A stretch of DNA of 64,000 bases, taken from NCBI GenBank assembly GCA_903855135.1, contig CAINYB010000027.1, positions 18,679-82,678 on the forward strand. Reading direction: 5' to 3'. This document shows, one piece after another, positions 35,650-46,128 of the stretch. Source of the stretch: an uncultured bacterium (GTDB lineage Bacteria > Patescibacteriota > Patescibacteriia > UBA1558 > GWA2-36-10). Position numbers and translations under genes: made by a program. Within the stretch, counting starts at the first letter, position 1. Each line of letters opens with the position of its first letter. Under the pieces are notes generated by a model that was given only the letters and a program-made list of their open reading frames with translations, did no database searches and had not been told where the DNA came from.

Positions 35650-38600
35650 ATGGGTGACAAAGGAGTAAATATACATAGAACTGGAGAGACTGCTAGGCGT
35701 AGAGTTCCCAAAGAAGATAGTCATAAAAACAGAAAAAGAGTTAGAAATAATATTATAATTGATGATGTAGGGGCAGAAGATTTATCAGATGATCATGATG
35801 ATGGTGTTGTAGAAGAAAATCTAGCTCCTGTGGTTGCCAAAGAAAAAAAGAAAAAAAGTGACGAAGAGTTAGTTGATAATTTTTTATATAGTATTTTTGG
35901 TGACAACGCTAATGAAGCTTTAGAAAAAGATGATTTTTTTCATAAAGAATTAGTTGATCCAATCGCCAAAACAATTTTTGTATTAAAAATACAAAAAGAA
36001 CAAGAGCGTCCAGAGTTAAGTGCTGAATTGTTAGCTTTAGCTCAAAAAGCACAACAAGAATTAAAAACATTAGATGAATCAATAGATTTTTCTAAGCAAA
36101 AATTATTTAATTTTTTAGAAGACTATAAAAAAAGTTTAGATAATTTATTAGCACATAATAATGATAATAATATGAGTACAAAAGAAGAAGTAACTACTCC
36201 AGAAGTAACTACTCCAGTAGTGGAGCGAGCACCAGTAAATGAGGCTGGGGCAGAGAATCCAGTTGAAGTTGCTCAAAATACGCAAGCTAAAATTAGTGAG
36301 ATCACTGACAAAGCGACTACTGAAATTCCTGAGGAAGCTCCAAAAATTAAACAGCTGGCTGATAAAAGTCATAAAGAAATTGATGAAGTTTTAGATGAAG
36401 AAACTGGTAAAATGGTTAAACTTTCTAATCCAGATACAAAAAAAGTTTTGGATAATGTACAGTTAGATGCGGATGCTAATTATGATGTAATGAATGAAGA
36501 TTTTGCAATGCCTAGTAACACTTCAAAAAAAGAAAAAGAAAAAGGAGCTAATCAAAAAGAATCTAAGGCAGAACAGGATTTAGTCGCAGACATAAAAGCA
36601 AAGAGAGAAAAGGAAATAAATACACTTCGTGGTTTAATCAAAATTTTAGAGTCTGCTTATGGTGCACCAGGTGTTGATGGCTGGTCTCAAAAAAAATCCG
36701 CCTTGCAAGAAGCAGCGAGAATTTTACTTAATGAAAAATATGCAACTCTTGCAAATGAGATAACAAAAGATGATTTAAAAAAGAACAAAGCTATTGAAGA
36801 GGCTATTTTAGAAGCAGAAGATAAATTGCGAGCATTAGAAAAAAATGATGCTAACTCTAATGCTATAGAAAATACTGTCGTTGAACCTGCACCAGCGGAA
36901 ACTCCGCCTGTCGTTGAACCTGCACCAATAGCTGAGACAAATCCCGCAGAAACAGATCCAGAATTAGGTCAGAAAAGATTAGATTTTTGGACAGCACTAC
37001 ACAAAAGAGGTAATGTCTGGAGCACCGGAAGATTTTTGGGTATCATGAAACAAAACCAAGAAAAATTAGATGACTTTGAAAAAATTAGAGCTGAATATAG
37101 CGACGCTCAAGCGAAAGAATTAGAGGCGAAGTTGAAAGTTTTTGTTGCTGGCTTGGATCCAAAATTAAGTGAAGCAGATAAAAATTTTGCATTTACACAA
37201 GAGTATGTGAGGCTCAAAAAAGCTGAAGACGAAGAAGTTGATACTATTGCCAAAGGCTTAGGTGTTAGTGGTATGACTAAGTTTAAATCTTTCTGGAAAA
37301 GAACAGCTTTGAAGCGTGGGGCGCTTGGTGCTGGTCTTTGGGCGCTTGGTGCTGTCACTGGAGGCATGGGATTTTTAGCAGCTAAAGTTGGTTTATCTAG
37401 TGTTGGTTCTTATATGACAGCTGAATCCTTTCTTGATACTCGTACAAAATCTTTGGGTCAAAAAAGTTTAATTGATGATTTGAAAAATATTGGCTTCAAA
37501 CGAGGAGAAAAAGCAAAGATTACAGAAAAAGATAAAGATGAAGCCATTAAAAAATTAATGACAGATAAGTATTCTCTCGAAGACTTAGAAAAAGAATGGA
37601 GTCATTTACGTGTTTTAAGTTTAGATAAAAATAAAGGTATCAAAGAGGCGGGACGTTTTGGTGCTGAGCAGAGATTGTTAGTTGAAGCAGTACAAGAAGT
37701 TTATTATTATAAAAAAGCTCAACAATTAGCAGCTGAATTAGCTTCAGGAGAAAATCCAGAAGTAGCCAAGGCGGGAGCTCTAGCTAGCTTTTTAAATTCT
37801 GAAAATAATGCCACAAATACTGCTACTTCAGAGCAAGATAAATCAAGAATGAAAGCTATTAAGCGTAATGTGGTGGCAGCGGGTATTGGTTTGAGTGTTG
37901 GTTGGCTTGCTAGTCAAAGAGTTTTGGATGCAGTAGCTCCTACACCAGAAGTAGATCCAGAGATTCTGCCAGCAGTACCAGTAGTAGAAGAAATACCAGA
38001 CGGACTCGTTGGCAAGGGAGATACTGTTTGGGGTATGATAGCGAGTCATTTAGTTAAAAGAGTGCCAAATTGGGATCAATTAAATGTAGCAGAACAAACT
38101 CGCTATATCGATTATTTTGAAAATAAAGTAGTAGCGAATCCTGGTCAGTTTGGTATTACTGACGTTGATCATTTGAAAGAGGGTACAGCTGTTCATTGGG
38201 GAAATTTATTTGCCGATAAAAATTTAAATGAAGGTTTGGATTGGGTACATAAATTGACGCCAGAAGATATGTCTGCTATCACAGAAAATAATGATATTTT
38301 ACAAAAAGCCGCTGAACATGGCGTTGAAATAACTAGTAAAAATGTTAACGAAGTAATAAGTGGTATAAAAGCTCATGGCTTGGAACAATATTTAGCTGAC
38401 AATGGCTACGCTGCTACTCAAACAGTGATTGAAAATGCACCAGAAGTTGCTGCTACGCAGACTGAAACTGCAACTAGTATTGTTGAGGGTGCGGAAACTG
38501 GTGATGTAGAGACTAGTGGTGTTGTAAGCGAAGTAGCTGAGGCTGGACAGGAAAGCACAGGGCAGGTAGAAACTTTAGAAGATATGGGTGGAGGCGATAA

Positions 38601-39120
38601 GGTTTGGGCTTTTACCCATGATCAGGGATCTTATGATGTAAATATTTTAAAGATGGCTCAAAGAATGGGAGATATATCCAATGATCATGGTCATATGGTT
38701 GATGAAGTGGTTAATAAAGTATTTGAGAGTTCACCAGCAGTTCAAGAACAATTTTTACATGATTTAAGTCCAACTGATTTTACAGAATCTAATAATAAAG
38801 CAGAGGTGTTCCTAAAAATGGTACAAGAATCTGGCCAGAAATTAGCAGAAATTGATTCAATGGATAAATTAAAAGGTTTAGTATCATCTTTTGATCATTT
38901 AGCCCATAATCCTGAATTACCAGTTGGCAAAGCATTTGAGCCTAGACTTATTGTTGGTGAAGACGGTTCAGAGGCATATGTATTTATTAAAAAAATGACC
39001 AGACCAATTGCTGGCTTTGCTTGGAAACCAAAATATATTATTGATGGTTTGTCTGGTGTTACGAAGACAGTGACAGAAACGGTTGCAAAAAATTTATTAA
39101 GTCACAATAATGTTGTTTAA
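35650..39120 (+). CDS. giant coiled-coil membrane protein (1156 aa), function unknown
   Basis: basic N-terminus, long K/E-rich coiled coil, two TM segments ~190 aa apart mid-protein, PE/TP-rich repeats. Confidence 0.7.
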   Translation: MGDKGVNIHRTGETARRRVPKEDSHKNRKRVRNNIIIDDVGAEDLSDDHDDGVVEENLAPVVAKEKKKKSDEELVDNFLYSIFGDNANEALEKDDFFHKELVDPIAKTIFVLKIQKEQERPELSAELLALAQKAQQELKTLDESIDFSKQKLFNFLEDYKKSLDNLLAHNNDNNMSTKEEVTTPEVTTPVVERAPVNEAGAENPVEVAQNTQAKISEITDKATTEIPEEAPKIKQLADKSHKEIDEVLDEETGKMVKLSNPDTKKVLDNVQLDADANYDVMNEDFAMPSNTSKKEKEKGANQKESKAEQDLVADIKAKREKEINTLRGLIKILESAYGAPGVDGWSQKKSALQEAARILLNEKYATLANEITKDDLKKNKAIEEAILEAEDKLRALEKNDANSNAIENTVVEPAPAETPPVVEPAPIAETNPAETDPELGQKRLDFWTALHKRGNVWSTGRFLGIMKQNQEKLDDFEKIRAEYSDAQAKELEAKLKVFVAGLDPKLSEADKNFAFTQEYVRLKKAEDEEVDTIAKGLGVSGMTKFKSFWKRTALKRGALGAGLWALGAVTGGMGFLAAKVGLSSVGSYMTAESFLDTRTKSLGQKSLIDDLKNIGFKRGEKAKITEKDKDEAIKKLMTDKYSLEDLEKEWSHLRVLSLDKNKGIKEAGRFGAEQRLLVEAVQEVYYYKKAQQLAAELASGENPEVAKAGALASFLNSENNATNTATSEQDKSRMKAIKRNVVAAGIGLSVGWLASQRVLDAVAPTPEVDPEILPAVPVVEEIPDGLVGKGDTVWGMIASHLVKRVPNWDQLNVAEQTRYIDYFENKVVANPGQFGITDVDHLKEGTAVHWGNLFADKNLNEGLDWVHKLTPEDMSAITENNDILQKAAEHGVEITSKNVNEVISGIKAHGLEQYLADNGYAATQTVIENAPEVAATQTETATSIVEGAETGDVETSGVVSEVAEAGQESTGQVETLEDMGGGDKVWAFTHDQGSYDVNILKMAQRMGDISNDHGHMVDEVVNKVFESSPAVQEQFLHDLSPTDFTESNNKAEVFLKMVQESGQKLAEIDSMDKLKGLVSSFDHLAHNPELPVGKAFEPRLIVGEDGSEAYVFIKKMTRPIAGFAWKPKYIIDGLSGVTKTVTETVAKNLLSHNNVV

Positions 39121-39137
39121 ATAATTTGAGAAAAAAT

Positions 39138-39170
39138 TTAGCCCAGACCCCGTCATGCGGGATCTGGGCG
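39138..39170. terminator. bidirectional intrinsic terminator (gcccagaccccgtcatgcgggatctgggc)
   Basis: hairpin flanked by A-run upstream and T-run downstream; between convergent genes. Confidence 0.6.
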
Positions 39171-39176
39171 TTTTGT

Positions 39177-39842
39177 TTAACGACTGGATCGTTGGTGTTT
39201 TTCAGCTTCCTTGGCTTCTTGAGCTCTGTTCACAATGCGTTCCCAGGTGTGTTTGTGAGTTTTGCGGGCAAAAGCCTCAAACATCTGGTCTTTGTCTTCC
39301 AGGTCCGAGACTTTACTGCAGAGATATTCCACAGCCTCGCTCTGATCCTCGGGCATCTCATTTGCTAAGATTCCAAGTTCGGTTGCGAGTTGACCGTTTT
39401 CTTGAAGAAGCTGTCCCACGGTTTGCTCAAGCGAATCGAGCCTTTGGCAAGAGGCCAGGGCTTGCTGGGCGATGGTCAAGGCACTGTCAGCTGTGGCTTG
39501 TGCGCGAACGTTGCCGGCCAAAGCCTTGTCCGCTTTGCGTTCCGCTCGATTGGCGGTGGAGTTGGCCGTTGCCACCTTGTCGACTGGCTTGCCGATGCAA
39601 GTCACCTTGCTGTCTTCGATAACGGTGCCGTCGGCGGTGTGGTACTTGCCATCTCGCCACTTCTGGATCGGAATCTTGGTGCCTTCGCAGATGTAGAAGC
39701 ATTGATAGTTGTAGGCCACTACCGCTTTTTCCGTGAAGGTTTGGGTGGCGGCGTGGTTCATCTTCTTATAAGTTTGAGCTTCGGTACTACCGATGCTCAA
39801 GGCAGAGTAGAATAAAACGAGCAATGTCCAGAGCGTTTTCAT
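39177..39842 (-). CDS. secreted protein, GC-rich island (signal peptide, 4 Cys, long Ala/Gln-rich helical region)
   Basis: AAGGAGGACACC-ATG start context; MKTLWTLLVLFYSALSIGSTEA signal peptide; ~55% GC. Confidence 0.65.
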   Translation of the reverse strand: MKTLWTLLVLFYSALSIGSTEAQTYKKMNHAATQTFTEKAVVAYNYQCFYICEGTKIPIQKWRDGKYHTADGTVIEDSKVTCIGKPVDKVATANSTANRAERKADKALAGNVRAQATADSALTIAQQALASCQRLDSLEQTVGQLLQENGQLATELGILANEMPEDQSEAVEYLCSKVSDLEDKDQMFEAFARKTHKHTWERIVNRAQEAKEAEKHQRSSR

Positions 39843-39936
39843 GGTGTCCTCCTTGGAAGCTTGTTGATTTGGTGTGCAATTAACAATGTAATATACCTTA
39901 TTTATAGAAATAAGTCAAGGTTTTGGTTTATTGTTA

Positions 39937-39965
39937 TTGACAAATATTTAAATATCAGGTATTAT
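39937..39965 (+). promoter_or_regulatory. sigma70-like promoter TTGACA-N17-TATTAT for 40016 gene
   Basis: read directly; flanked by inverted ATTGACAA / TTGTCAAT. Confidence 0.55.
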
Positions 39966-40015
39966 ATGGTGTTTAGAACATTGTCAATCAAGAATCACGC
40001 AAACAAAGGGAGGGT

Positions 40016-40963
40016 TTGAAGATGCTGCGCATTTTCTGTTTCTTCATGCTTTTGGTGGCAGGTCAGGCCACGGCAGAACTTCACTGGGGAGATCTCATTG
40101 ATCATCAGGGCAACCTGGAGGTCTACGGCAACGCTGGCTTGCAGGCTTCGAGTACTGGTTCGCTTGATCTGGATAGCATTCAGACCGAGTGGGCCTGGAG
40201 TCGGGTGGGTCTGGTTTTCGAAGAACAGAAAATCGGTTCTGATCATGTTCTGCGAGTCGTCGGCGAGTGTGACTTGTCTAGTGTGAATCTGACTTCGGCC
40301 TATGCTGAAAGGGTGTGGAATTTTCCGAAGTTGGGCGTTGTGGTCAAAGGTGGTCAGTTCCGTAACAGAGCTTTGGGCATGTTGCCGACTCCGTTTGAGA
40401 TGACTTTCTTGCGGTTGCCGGATGCCAGCCGGAGGTTCACGCCATATACTGCTGGATTGTCTCTGAGTGCTCAGACCGAAACGAGATTAGGTCAATTGAC
40501 TGCGGACTTCGTCGGTTTCAAGCGAGCCAAGCAGACAAGCATTGACACCATGTTTTTGGCCTTTGATCAATTAGAAGCATCCATCAAGAATGCTTACTAC
40601 TTGGCTTTCACCTGTGATTGGGGTCAAGTGGAGGCTGGCTGGGAGCAGGATGTTGGTCACATCGTGACTTTTTCGACAGCTCCTTTTGCCTGGTTTCAAC
40701 CTCAGGTCGGTTGGAGCTACTATTTCCACCGGCACTCTGAAAAGTTGCCGGACAACATCTACTTCATTGAAAACACTGCTTGGATGACGCCGGTTCCGAT
40801 CGGCTTGTCCACAAGATTGGATTTCGGTGATCAGATTGAGTCTTTTCAGGCTGGCTTGATCTGGGAATACCTACCCAACTGTTTGTTCGAAGCCTTCTGG
40901 GAAACCAGGGGCGGAGAAGACAGTTTCAAGGGTGGCTTGACCTATTCTTTGATCTGGCCTTAA
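40016..40963 (+). CDS. secreted beta-strand-rich protein (outer-membrane beta-barrel-like), GC-rich island
   Basis: GGGAGGG SD; signal peptide MKMLRIFCFFMLLVAGQATA; alternating hydrophobic/polar strands; aromatic C-terminus LTYSLIWP; ~52% GC. Confidence 0.65.
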   Translation: MKMLRIFCFFMLLVAGQATAELHWGDLIDHQGNLEVYGNAGLQASSTGSLDLDSIQTEWAWSRVGLVFEEQKIGSDHVLRVVGECDLSSVNLTSAYAERVWNFPKLGVVVKGGQFRNRALGMLPTPFEMTFLRLPDASRRFTPYTAGLSLSAQTETRLGQLTADFVGFKRAKQTSIDTMFLAFDQLEASIKNAYYLAFTCDWGQVEAGWEQDVGHIVTFSTAPFAWFQPQVGWSYYFHRHSEKLPDNIYFIENTAWMTPVPIGLSTRLDFGDQIESFQAGLIWEYLPNCLFEAFWETRGGEDSFKGGLTYSLIWP

Positions 40964-41101
40964 AGTCCGTGCGTCTCTGTGAAAACAGGGGCGCTTTTCT
41001 TTTTATCAAAAATTGCGTAAAATAAAGATGTAAAACATAATTTTATTAATACTATTGACTTTTTTTGATATTTATGCTATTTTATATAGATATTTAAAAA
41101 T

Positions 41102-42679
41102 ATGGATAATTTGCCTAAAAACAATTTTTGGCAAGAAATGCTTAAAAAAACAAGAAATTTTTTCTTACCACATGAGGAGAATAATTATCATCCTTATGTT
41201 TTGCATGGAGAAAGACTATGGTTTTATGCTACTTCTGCTATTTTAGTGAAGTTAGTAGTGATTGTTTTTGTGGTTTTATTACCAGTGGCTGCTTGGCTAA
41301 CTCCAGACTTGATGAGCCAAGAAAGCAAGAGAGTTGTTAATTTAACCAATGATTTCAGAGTAAGTTTGCAGCTTCAGCCATTAAAAGAAAGTACAGTTTT
41401 AAATCAAGCGGCTTATAATAAGGCCCAAGACATGTTGATTCAACAATACTTTGCTCACATTGGTCCTGATGGCAAACGCGTTTCCAACTGGTTAAAAAAT
41501 GCTGGCTATGATTATTTAATGGCTGGTGAAAATTTAGCTATTGGTTTTGCTTCTGCTGATGAAGTAGTTGAAGCTTGGAAAAATAGTCCAACTCACTATG
41601 CCAATTTAGTTGATCCCGCTTGGCAAGACATGGGAGTTGGCATGATCAGCGGTGTATATAATGAAGTAGATACTACTTTGGTAGCGCAGTTTTTTGGTCG
41701 TCCTAGACCTACTCCTGTTGCGTCGGTAAAAGCTGCTGAAGTCAAAAAAACTGAGCCAGTAAAAACAGTAGAAAAAACAGTTACTAAAGTCGCTGTGACG
41801 GAAGAAGCAAAAAAAGAAATTATCAATACGCCAAAGACAGAGCCAGCGCCAGCGAATGATACTGAAGTTTTAGCTGAACAAATAGTAAAATATCCTTTAG
41901 CTAAACCAGAGATTTTGAATTTATCAAATAATTGGCTAAGCAATAAACAAAGTTTACAAATTGATGTCTTAGCTAAAAATTCTGATAAAGTAGAAGTTTA
42001 TGATCAAAATAAATTAATAGTTAGTCAATCCAAGAATTTAAGCAATGAAAAAGTCACTTTATTTTTAGAATTACGTGAAGGCACACATCGTTTGAAATTA
42101 GTTGCCTGGCAAGGTACACAAAGCTTAAGCTCCGATACTTATTTAGGAGATTTAGACTTTAGTGTGCCAGTGGTTGATTTGGCTAAAACTATTGTGAAGC
42201 TTGATACGCCAGAAGCAAAGCAAGAAAAAATCTTACAAGCAGAAGTGTATTTAAGTGAGGATGTCAAAACCGCTAACTTAATCGTTGGGCAAGAAAAAAT
42301 AGCTTTGAGTTTTGATGAGGCTTTAGAAGCTTGGACAGTGTCTCAGGTGCTTGCTATAGATAGCATGGAAGCAACTATTTTACCTAGCGTACAAGTTATC
42401 GATCAGGCCGGTAATGAAATAATTACAGATTTAGAGTGGCAAGATGTCGTGCCGAGTAAAAGTTCTATTTTTGAGCAATATTTTTTCTTAAAAAATACTC
42501 AAGCCCCAGCCGCAAAAACAATTTTTAATATTTCGATTATTTATTATAAAATATTCTTTGGTTTATTAGCTTTATTAGCTGCTTTAAACATTTTTGTGCA
42601 TATTAAACACCAACATTATAAAGTTATTTTATCAAGTTTAGCTTTATTAATTTTTATTGCTTTATTATTAGTATTGTAA
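41102..42679 (+). CDS. CAP/SCP/PR-1-like domain membrane protein
   Basis: N-terminal TM; CAP core (GENLA..., HYANLVDPAWQDMGVG); long extracellular extension; C-terminal TM. Confidence 0.8.
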   Translation: MDNLPKNNFWQEMLKKTRNFFLPHEENNYHPYVLHGERLWFYATSAILVKLVVIVFVVLLPVAAWLTPDLMSQESKRVVNLTNDFRVSLQLQPLKESTVLNQAAYNKAQDMLIQQYFAHIGPDGKRVSNWLKNAGYDYLMAGENLAIGFASADEVVEAWKNSPTHYANLVDPAWQDMGVGMISGVYNEVDTTLVAQFFGRPRPTPVASVKAAEVKKTEPVKTVEKTVTKVAVTEEAKKEIINTPKTEPAPANDTEVLAEQIVKYPLAKPEILNLSNNWLSNKQSLQIDVLAKNSDKVEVYDQNKLIVSQSKNLSNEKVTLFLELREGTHRLKLVAWQGTQSLSSDTYLGDLDFSVPVVDLAKTIVKLDTPEAKQEKILQAEVYLSEDVKTANLIVGQEKIALSFDEALEAWTVSQVLAIDSMEATILPSVQVIDQAGNEIITDLEWQDVVPSKSSIFEQYFFLKNTQAPAAKTIFNISIIYYKIFFGLLALLAALNIFVHIKHQHYKVILSSLALLIFIALLLVL

Positions 42680-42683
42680 GTTT

Positions 42684-44942
42684 ATGTTTTATTCTAAAAT
42701 TAGTCGTAAAGTTGTTGCCGCTGGTTTGTTAAGTTTTTTGTTGTTTAACTTATTTGGTTTAGGTAATACAACTCTTTTCGCGGCCACTACTAAAAATACC
42801 AAAGAAACAACTAAACCAAATGTCGCTCCTAATATTAGTCCCAATGGTAATGGTGGTGGAGCCAGACATAATATCGGGTCATTTTTGCCAGCTTTTACTT
42901 ATCTAGGTCTAGAGATGGTGACTGACCCAGGTGCTACTAGAGACACTGATTGGTCCAAAGTAAATGGTAGTTTGGTTAGCGGTTTTGTTTTAAAAACTGA
43001 TCCTAAAATAGCTAAATATTATTTACGTTTGACCAAAGATACAGATACTAATGTAGAATTAGCGAGAGGCGTTTATGCTTTTAATTTAGTTTCTTATCCA
43101 GATGCTTTTGCTGCTTACGTTAATAGAGACGCAGCTTTGACACCATACAGAAGAATGATCGATGCTTTAAATCCAGCTTTTTATCTTTACGCCGATGGTC
43201 AAGGAAGTTTGACTTTATTAGATGGTTTGAGTAGAGAAAAAAATTGGCACATTAATGGTGATTTTCCAGTGGGTGAATATAAATATCGTGGTCAAGTGAT
43301 GGGCGTCAATGGTGAACAATCAGAAGAGATTTATTTTCGTTTTAATATTGGTCGTACAGATAATGTAGCTGTCAATCAAGTGCCAGTTGCTAAAGATGAT
43401 AATTATGTCACTAGACAAAATATTAAATTAATTATTGCCCCTAGAAGTATTTTAGATAATGATACTGACCCAGACGCAACTGCAAATCCAAACAATACAG
43501 AAAATCTGAGCCCAAAAGTAGAAACTTTACCAAGTCATGGTCAGTTAATCATGAGTAGGACTGATGGTCAGTTTAGTTATGAACCAGAAAATAATTTTGT
43601 AGGCAGGGATACTTTTACTTATCGTGCTTTTGATGGTCAGGCCTTATCAAATTTAGCTACGGTGACTATTAGTGTTGTAAATAATAACAATCAAGCGCCA
43701 GTAGCTAATGATGATTCATATAGCGTCACAACTGGTAATACTTTGAATGTGCCTGTTTCTTCTGGTGTCTTAGCGAATGATACGGATACTGATGGTCCGC
43801 AAAACATGACGGCTGTCTTAGTTGCTAATGTTAGTCATGGTACTTTGACTTTGGCTAGCGATGGCTCTTTCAATTATCAATCAGCCAGTGGTTTTACTGG
43901 TGCTGACACTTTTACTTATCATGCTTTTGATGGTTTGAATTATTCTAATACAGTGACTACTACTATTAGCGTTAATGCTCCTTCCGGCGGTGGCGGCGGA
44001 GGCGGGGGTAGCTTCAGTCGTCAGCCAAGCAGCGCCAGTGTTTTGATTAATAACAATGCTAGTGCAACTAATAGTTTGGTTGTGACTTTGACTTTGGCGG
44101 CTAATAATATGGTCAGTCAATATGCGCCATTAGAAATGAAAATTGGTAACTTTTCTGATTTAAGTTCTGTGTCTTGGCGACCTTATAGTACCACTACTTC
44201 TTGGACACTATTAAATGATATTGGCTCCAAAACTGTGTATGTCCAATTTAAAAATAGCCGCGGTACTTCAGTAGTAGTCAGTGATAGTATTAATTATGTA
44301 GCTGGCCAAGTTTTAGGTGATAGAGATTGTTCAAATAGCGCTGGCATGTTGATCGCTAAAAGAAATACCAAAGATGCGGCTGTTTATTTCATCGGCTCTG
44401 ATTGTAAAAAATATGTTTTCCCAGATCCAAAGACTTATTACACTTGGTATGAAAATTTTAATAGCGTGATTAAAGTAGATGTAGCGGAGCTAGACTTTTA
44501 TAAAGATGGTGGCGTAGTGCCATATCGTTCTGGAGTAAAATTAGTCAAACATCCAGACACCAATAATGTCTATGCAGTAGAACCAAACGGCACTTTGAGA
44601 TTAGTTCCTAGTCCAGAAATTGCTCGTGCTTTATATGGTGATAAATGGAAGTCTTTGGTGCAAGATGTTATTACCGGCTACTTCTTTAGCTCCTATACTA
44701 TCGGAGAGCCATTAACAGCTAATAGTTTACCAACCGGTACTTTAGTCAAAGAAAAAAATAGCGACACAATTTATTATGTAGAAAATGGTAAGAAAAAACC
44801 ATTTAATAGTAATTATAATTTTGATCGTCATTATTTTAAATATAAAAATGTTTTAGTCAAAGATGATTTAAGTGCTTATCCGACCGCAGCTGGTATCAGC
44901 AGCTTAAAAACTGAATTATCTCCTTATAGATTAGCCTATTAA
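42684..44942 (+). CDS. large secreted surface protein with VCBS/cadherin-like repeats
   Basis: signal peptide; repeated ...APVANDDSYSVTTGNTL...DTDTDG...FTY.AFDG modules; Gly run; C-terminal domain homologous to 13097 protein. Confidence 0.75.
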   Translation: MFYSKISRKVVAAGLLSFLLFNLFGLGNTTLFAATTKNTKETTKPNVAPNISPNGNGGGARHNIGSFLPAFTYLGLEMVTDPGATRDTDWSKVNGSLVSGFVLKTDPKIAKYYLRLTKDTDTNVELARGVYAFNLVSYPDAFAAYVNRDAALTPYRRMIDALNPAFYLYADGQGSLTLLDGLSREKNWHINGDFPVGEYKYRGQVMGVNGEQSEEIYFRFNIGRTDNVAVNQVPVAKDDNYVTRQNIKLIIAPRSILDNDTDPDATANPNNTENLSPKVETLPSHGQLIMSRTDGQFSYEPENNFVGRDTFTYRAFDGQALSNLATVTISVVNNNNQAPVANDDSYSVTTGNTLNVPVSSGVLANDTDTDGPQNMTAVLVANVSHGTLTLASDGSFNYQSASGFTGADTFTYHAFDGLNYSNTVTTTISVNAPSGGGGGGGGSFSRQPSSASVLINNNASATNSLVVTLTLAANNMVSQYAPLEMKIGNFSDLSSVSWRPYSTTTSWTLLNDIGSKTVYVQFKNSRGTSVVVSDSINYVAGQVLGDRDCSNSAGMLIAKRNTKDAAVYFIGSDCKKYVFPDPKTYYTWYENFNSVIKVDVAELDFYKDGGVVPYRSGVKLVKHPDTNNVYAVEPNGTLRLVPSPEIARALYGDKWKSLVQDVITGYFFSSYTIGEPLTANSLPTGTLVKEKNSDTIYYVENGKKKPFNSNYNFDRHYFKYKNVLVKDDLSAYPTAAGISSLKTELSPYRLAY

Positions 44943-44983
44943 AAAAGTCCCCGGCATACGCCGGGGACTTTTTTGGTCTATCT

Positions 44984-45083
44984 TAACCCCTCCCAACCTC
45001 CCCTTCCCCGCTTTCGCGGGGATCCGGGGAGGAGTTATTTAGATAGTCTCCCCCTTACGAAGGGGGAGATGCAGAGGGGGTTT
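44984..45083. repeat. GC-rich nested palindromic element (E3)
   Basis: taacccctc...ccccgctttcgcgggg...ctcccccttacgaagggggag...gagggggttt. Confidence 0.55.
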
Positions 45084-46056
45084 AGTCTAATTTATTTAAT
45101 ATTTTTGCCACTTCTTGTGGAGTTTCCACGCTGACTAATTGTTTGCGTATCTCAGTGGCATCAGGACGGCCTTTGACGTAAAACAAAAGATGTTTGCGCA
45201 TTTCTTTAAAGCCAGACTTACCTTTGTTAGCAAATAATAATTCTGCATGTTTAATAGCGGTGTCTTTGATTTCTGGCCAAGTGATTGTTTGATAAACACC
45301 AGTTTTCAAGTAGTCTTTGATTTGTTTAAAAAGCCATGGTTGTCCATAAAGTGAGCGAGACAAAGCAATGCCATCAGCTTGGGTGTATTTTAAATCACTA
45401 ACTACTGACTCTATTGTTTGAAAAGAACCATTGATTAAAAACACGCCAGTTTTGAAAGCTTGTTTGAGTTGTTTTAAGGCTTCTAGATCAACTGGTCCAG
45501 TGAAAGGTGTCTCATAAGTGCGACCGTGAATAATCATGGCTTTGACTGGTAGATCAGCCAAGGCATCAATTAAATCAAAAGCAGTAATCTTACCTTGCTC
45601 TGGTTTGCCTTGTATAGCATTTAGACTAATGCGACTTTTGACCGATACTGGTAGATTAGTTGATTCGATAGTGGTGTTAACGATTTTTTTTACAGTTTCC
45701 ATGTCTCGTAGTAGACAAATGCCGCCTCCATGACCAGCTACTTTTTTAGCTGGACAGCCAAAATTGAGATCAATGCCAGCCACTCCTAAAGATTCTACTA
45801 TTTTTGTCGCTTTAGGGTACATGTCTACACGTTTGCCAAATAGCTGGACAACGACTGGTTGCTCGCTAGCTTGGTAGGCGAGCATGGCCAAGGTTTTTTT
45901 ACTACCATAGTGCAAAGCATCAGCGGAAACGAATTCCGTATGTACCACGTCAGCACTCCACATTTTACAGATTTGCCGCCAAGCTGAATCAGTGATACCG
46001 GCCATTGGTGTCATTGAAAGAATTGGTTTTTCTAATTGTTCCCAGAAATTATCCAT
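45082..46056 (-). CDS. dusB: tRNA-dihydrouridine synthase
   Basis: MAGITD, TIM-barrel Dus motifs, catalytic Cys in LNFGCPAKK. Confidence 0.9.
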   Translation of the reverse strand: MDNFWEQLEKPILSMTPMAGITDSAWRQICKMWSADVVHTEFVSADALHYGSKKTLAMLAYQASEQPVVVQLFGKRVDMYPKATKIVESLGVAGIDLNFGCPAKKVAGHGGGICLLRDMETVKKIVNTTIESTNLPVSVKSRISLNAIQGKPEQGKITAFDLIDALADLPVKAMIIHGRTYETPFTGPVDLEALKQLKQAFKTGVFLINGSFQTIESVVSDLKYTQADGIALSRSLYGQPWLFKQIKDYLKTGVYQTITWPEIKDTAIKHAELLFANKGKSGFKEMRKHLLFYVKGRPDATEIRKQLVSVETPQEVAKILNKLD

Positions 46057-46128
46057 AAATTTAGACGCCCCTGTCGCGAGGCGGTAGGGGCTATATTATA
46101 ATAAATATCAAAAATAAGCCATAGCTAA

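Noticed and set aside
39126-39842. Several plus-strand ORFs (80-155 aa) antisense to the 39177-39842 gene
   Set aside because: Typical spurious antisense ORFs in a high-GC segment. The proteins are Arg/Cys/Pro-rich nonsense. The minus-strand gene has a signal peptide, SD and terminator.
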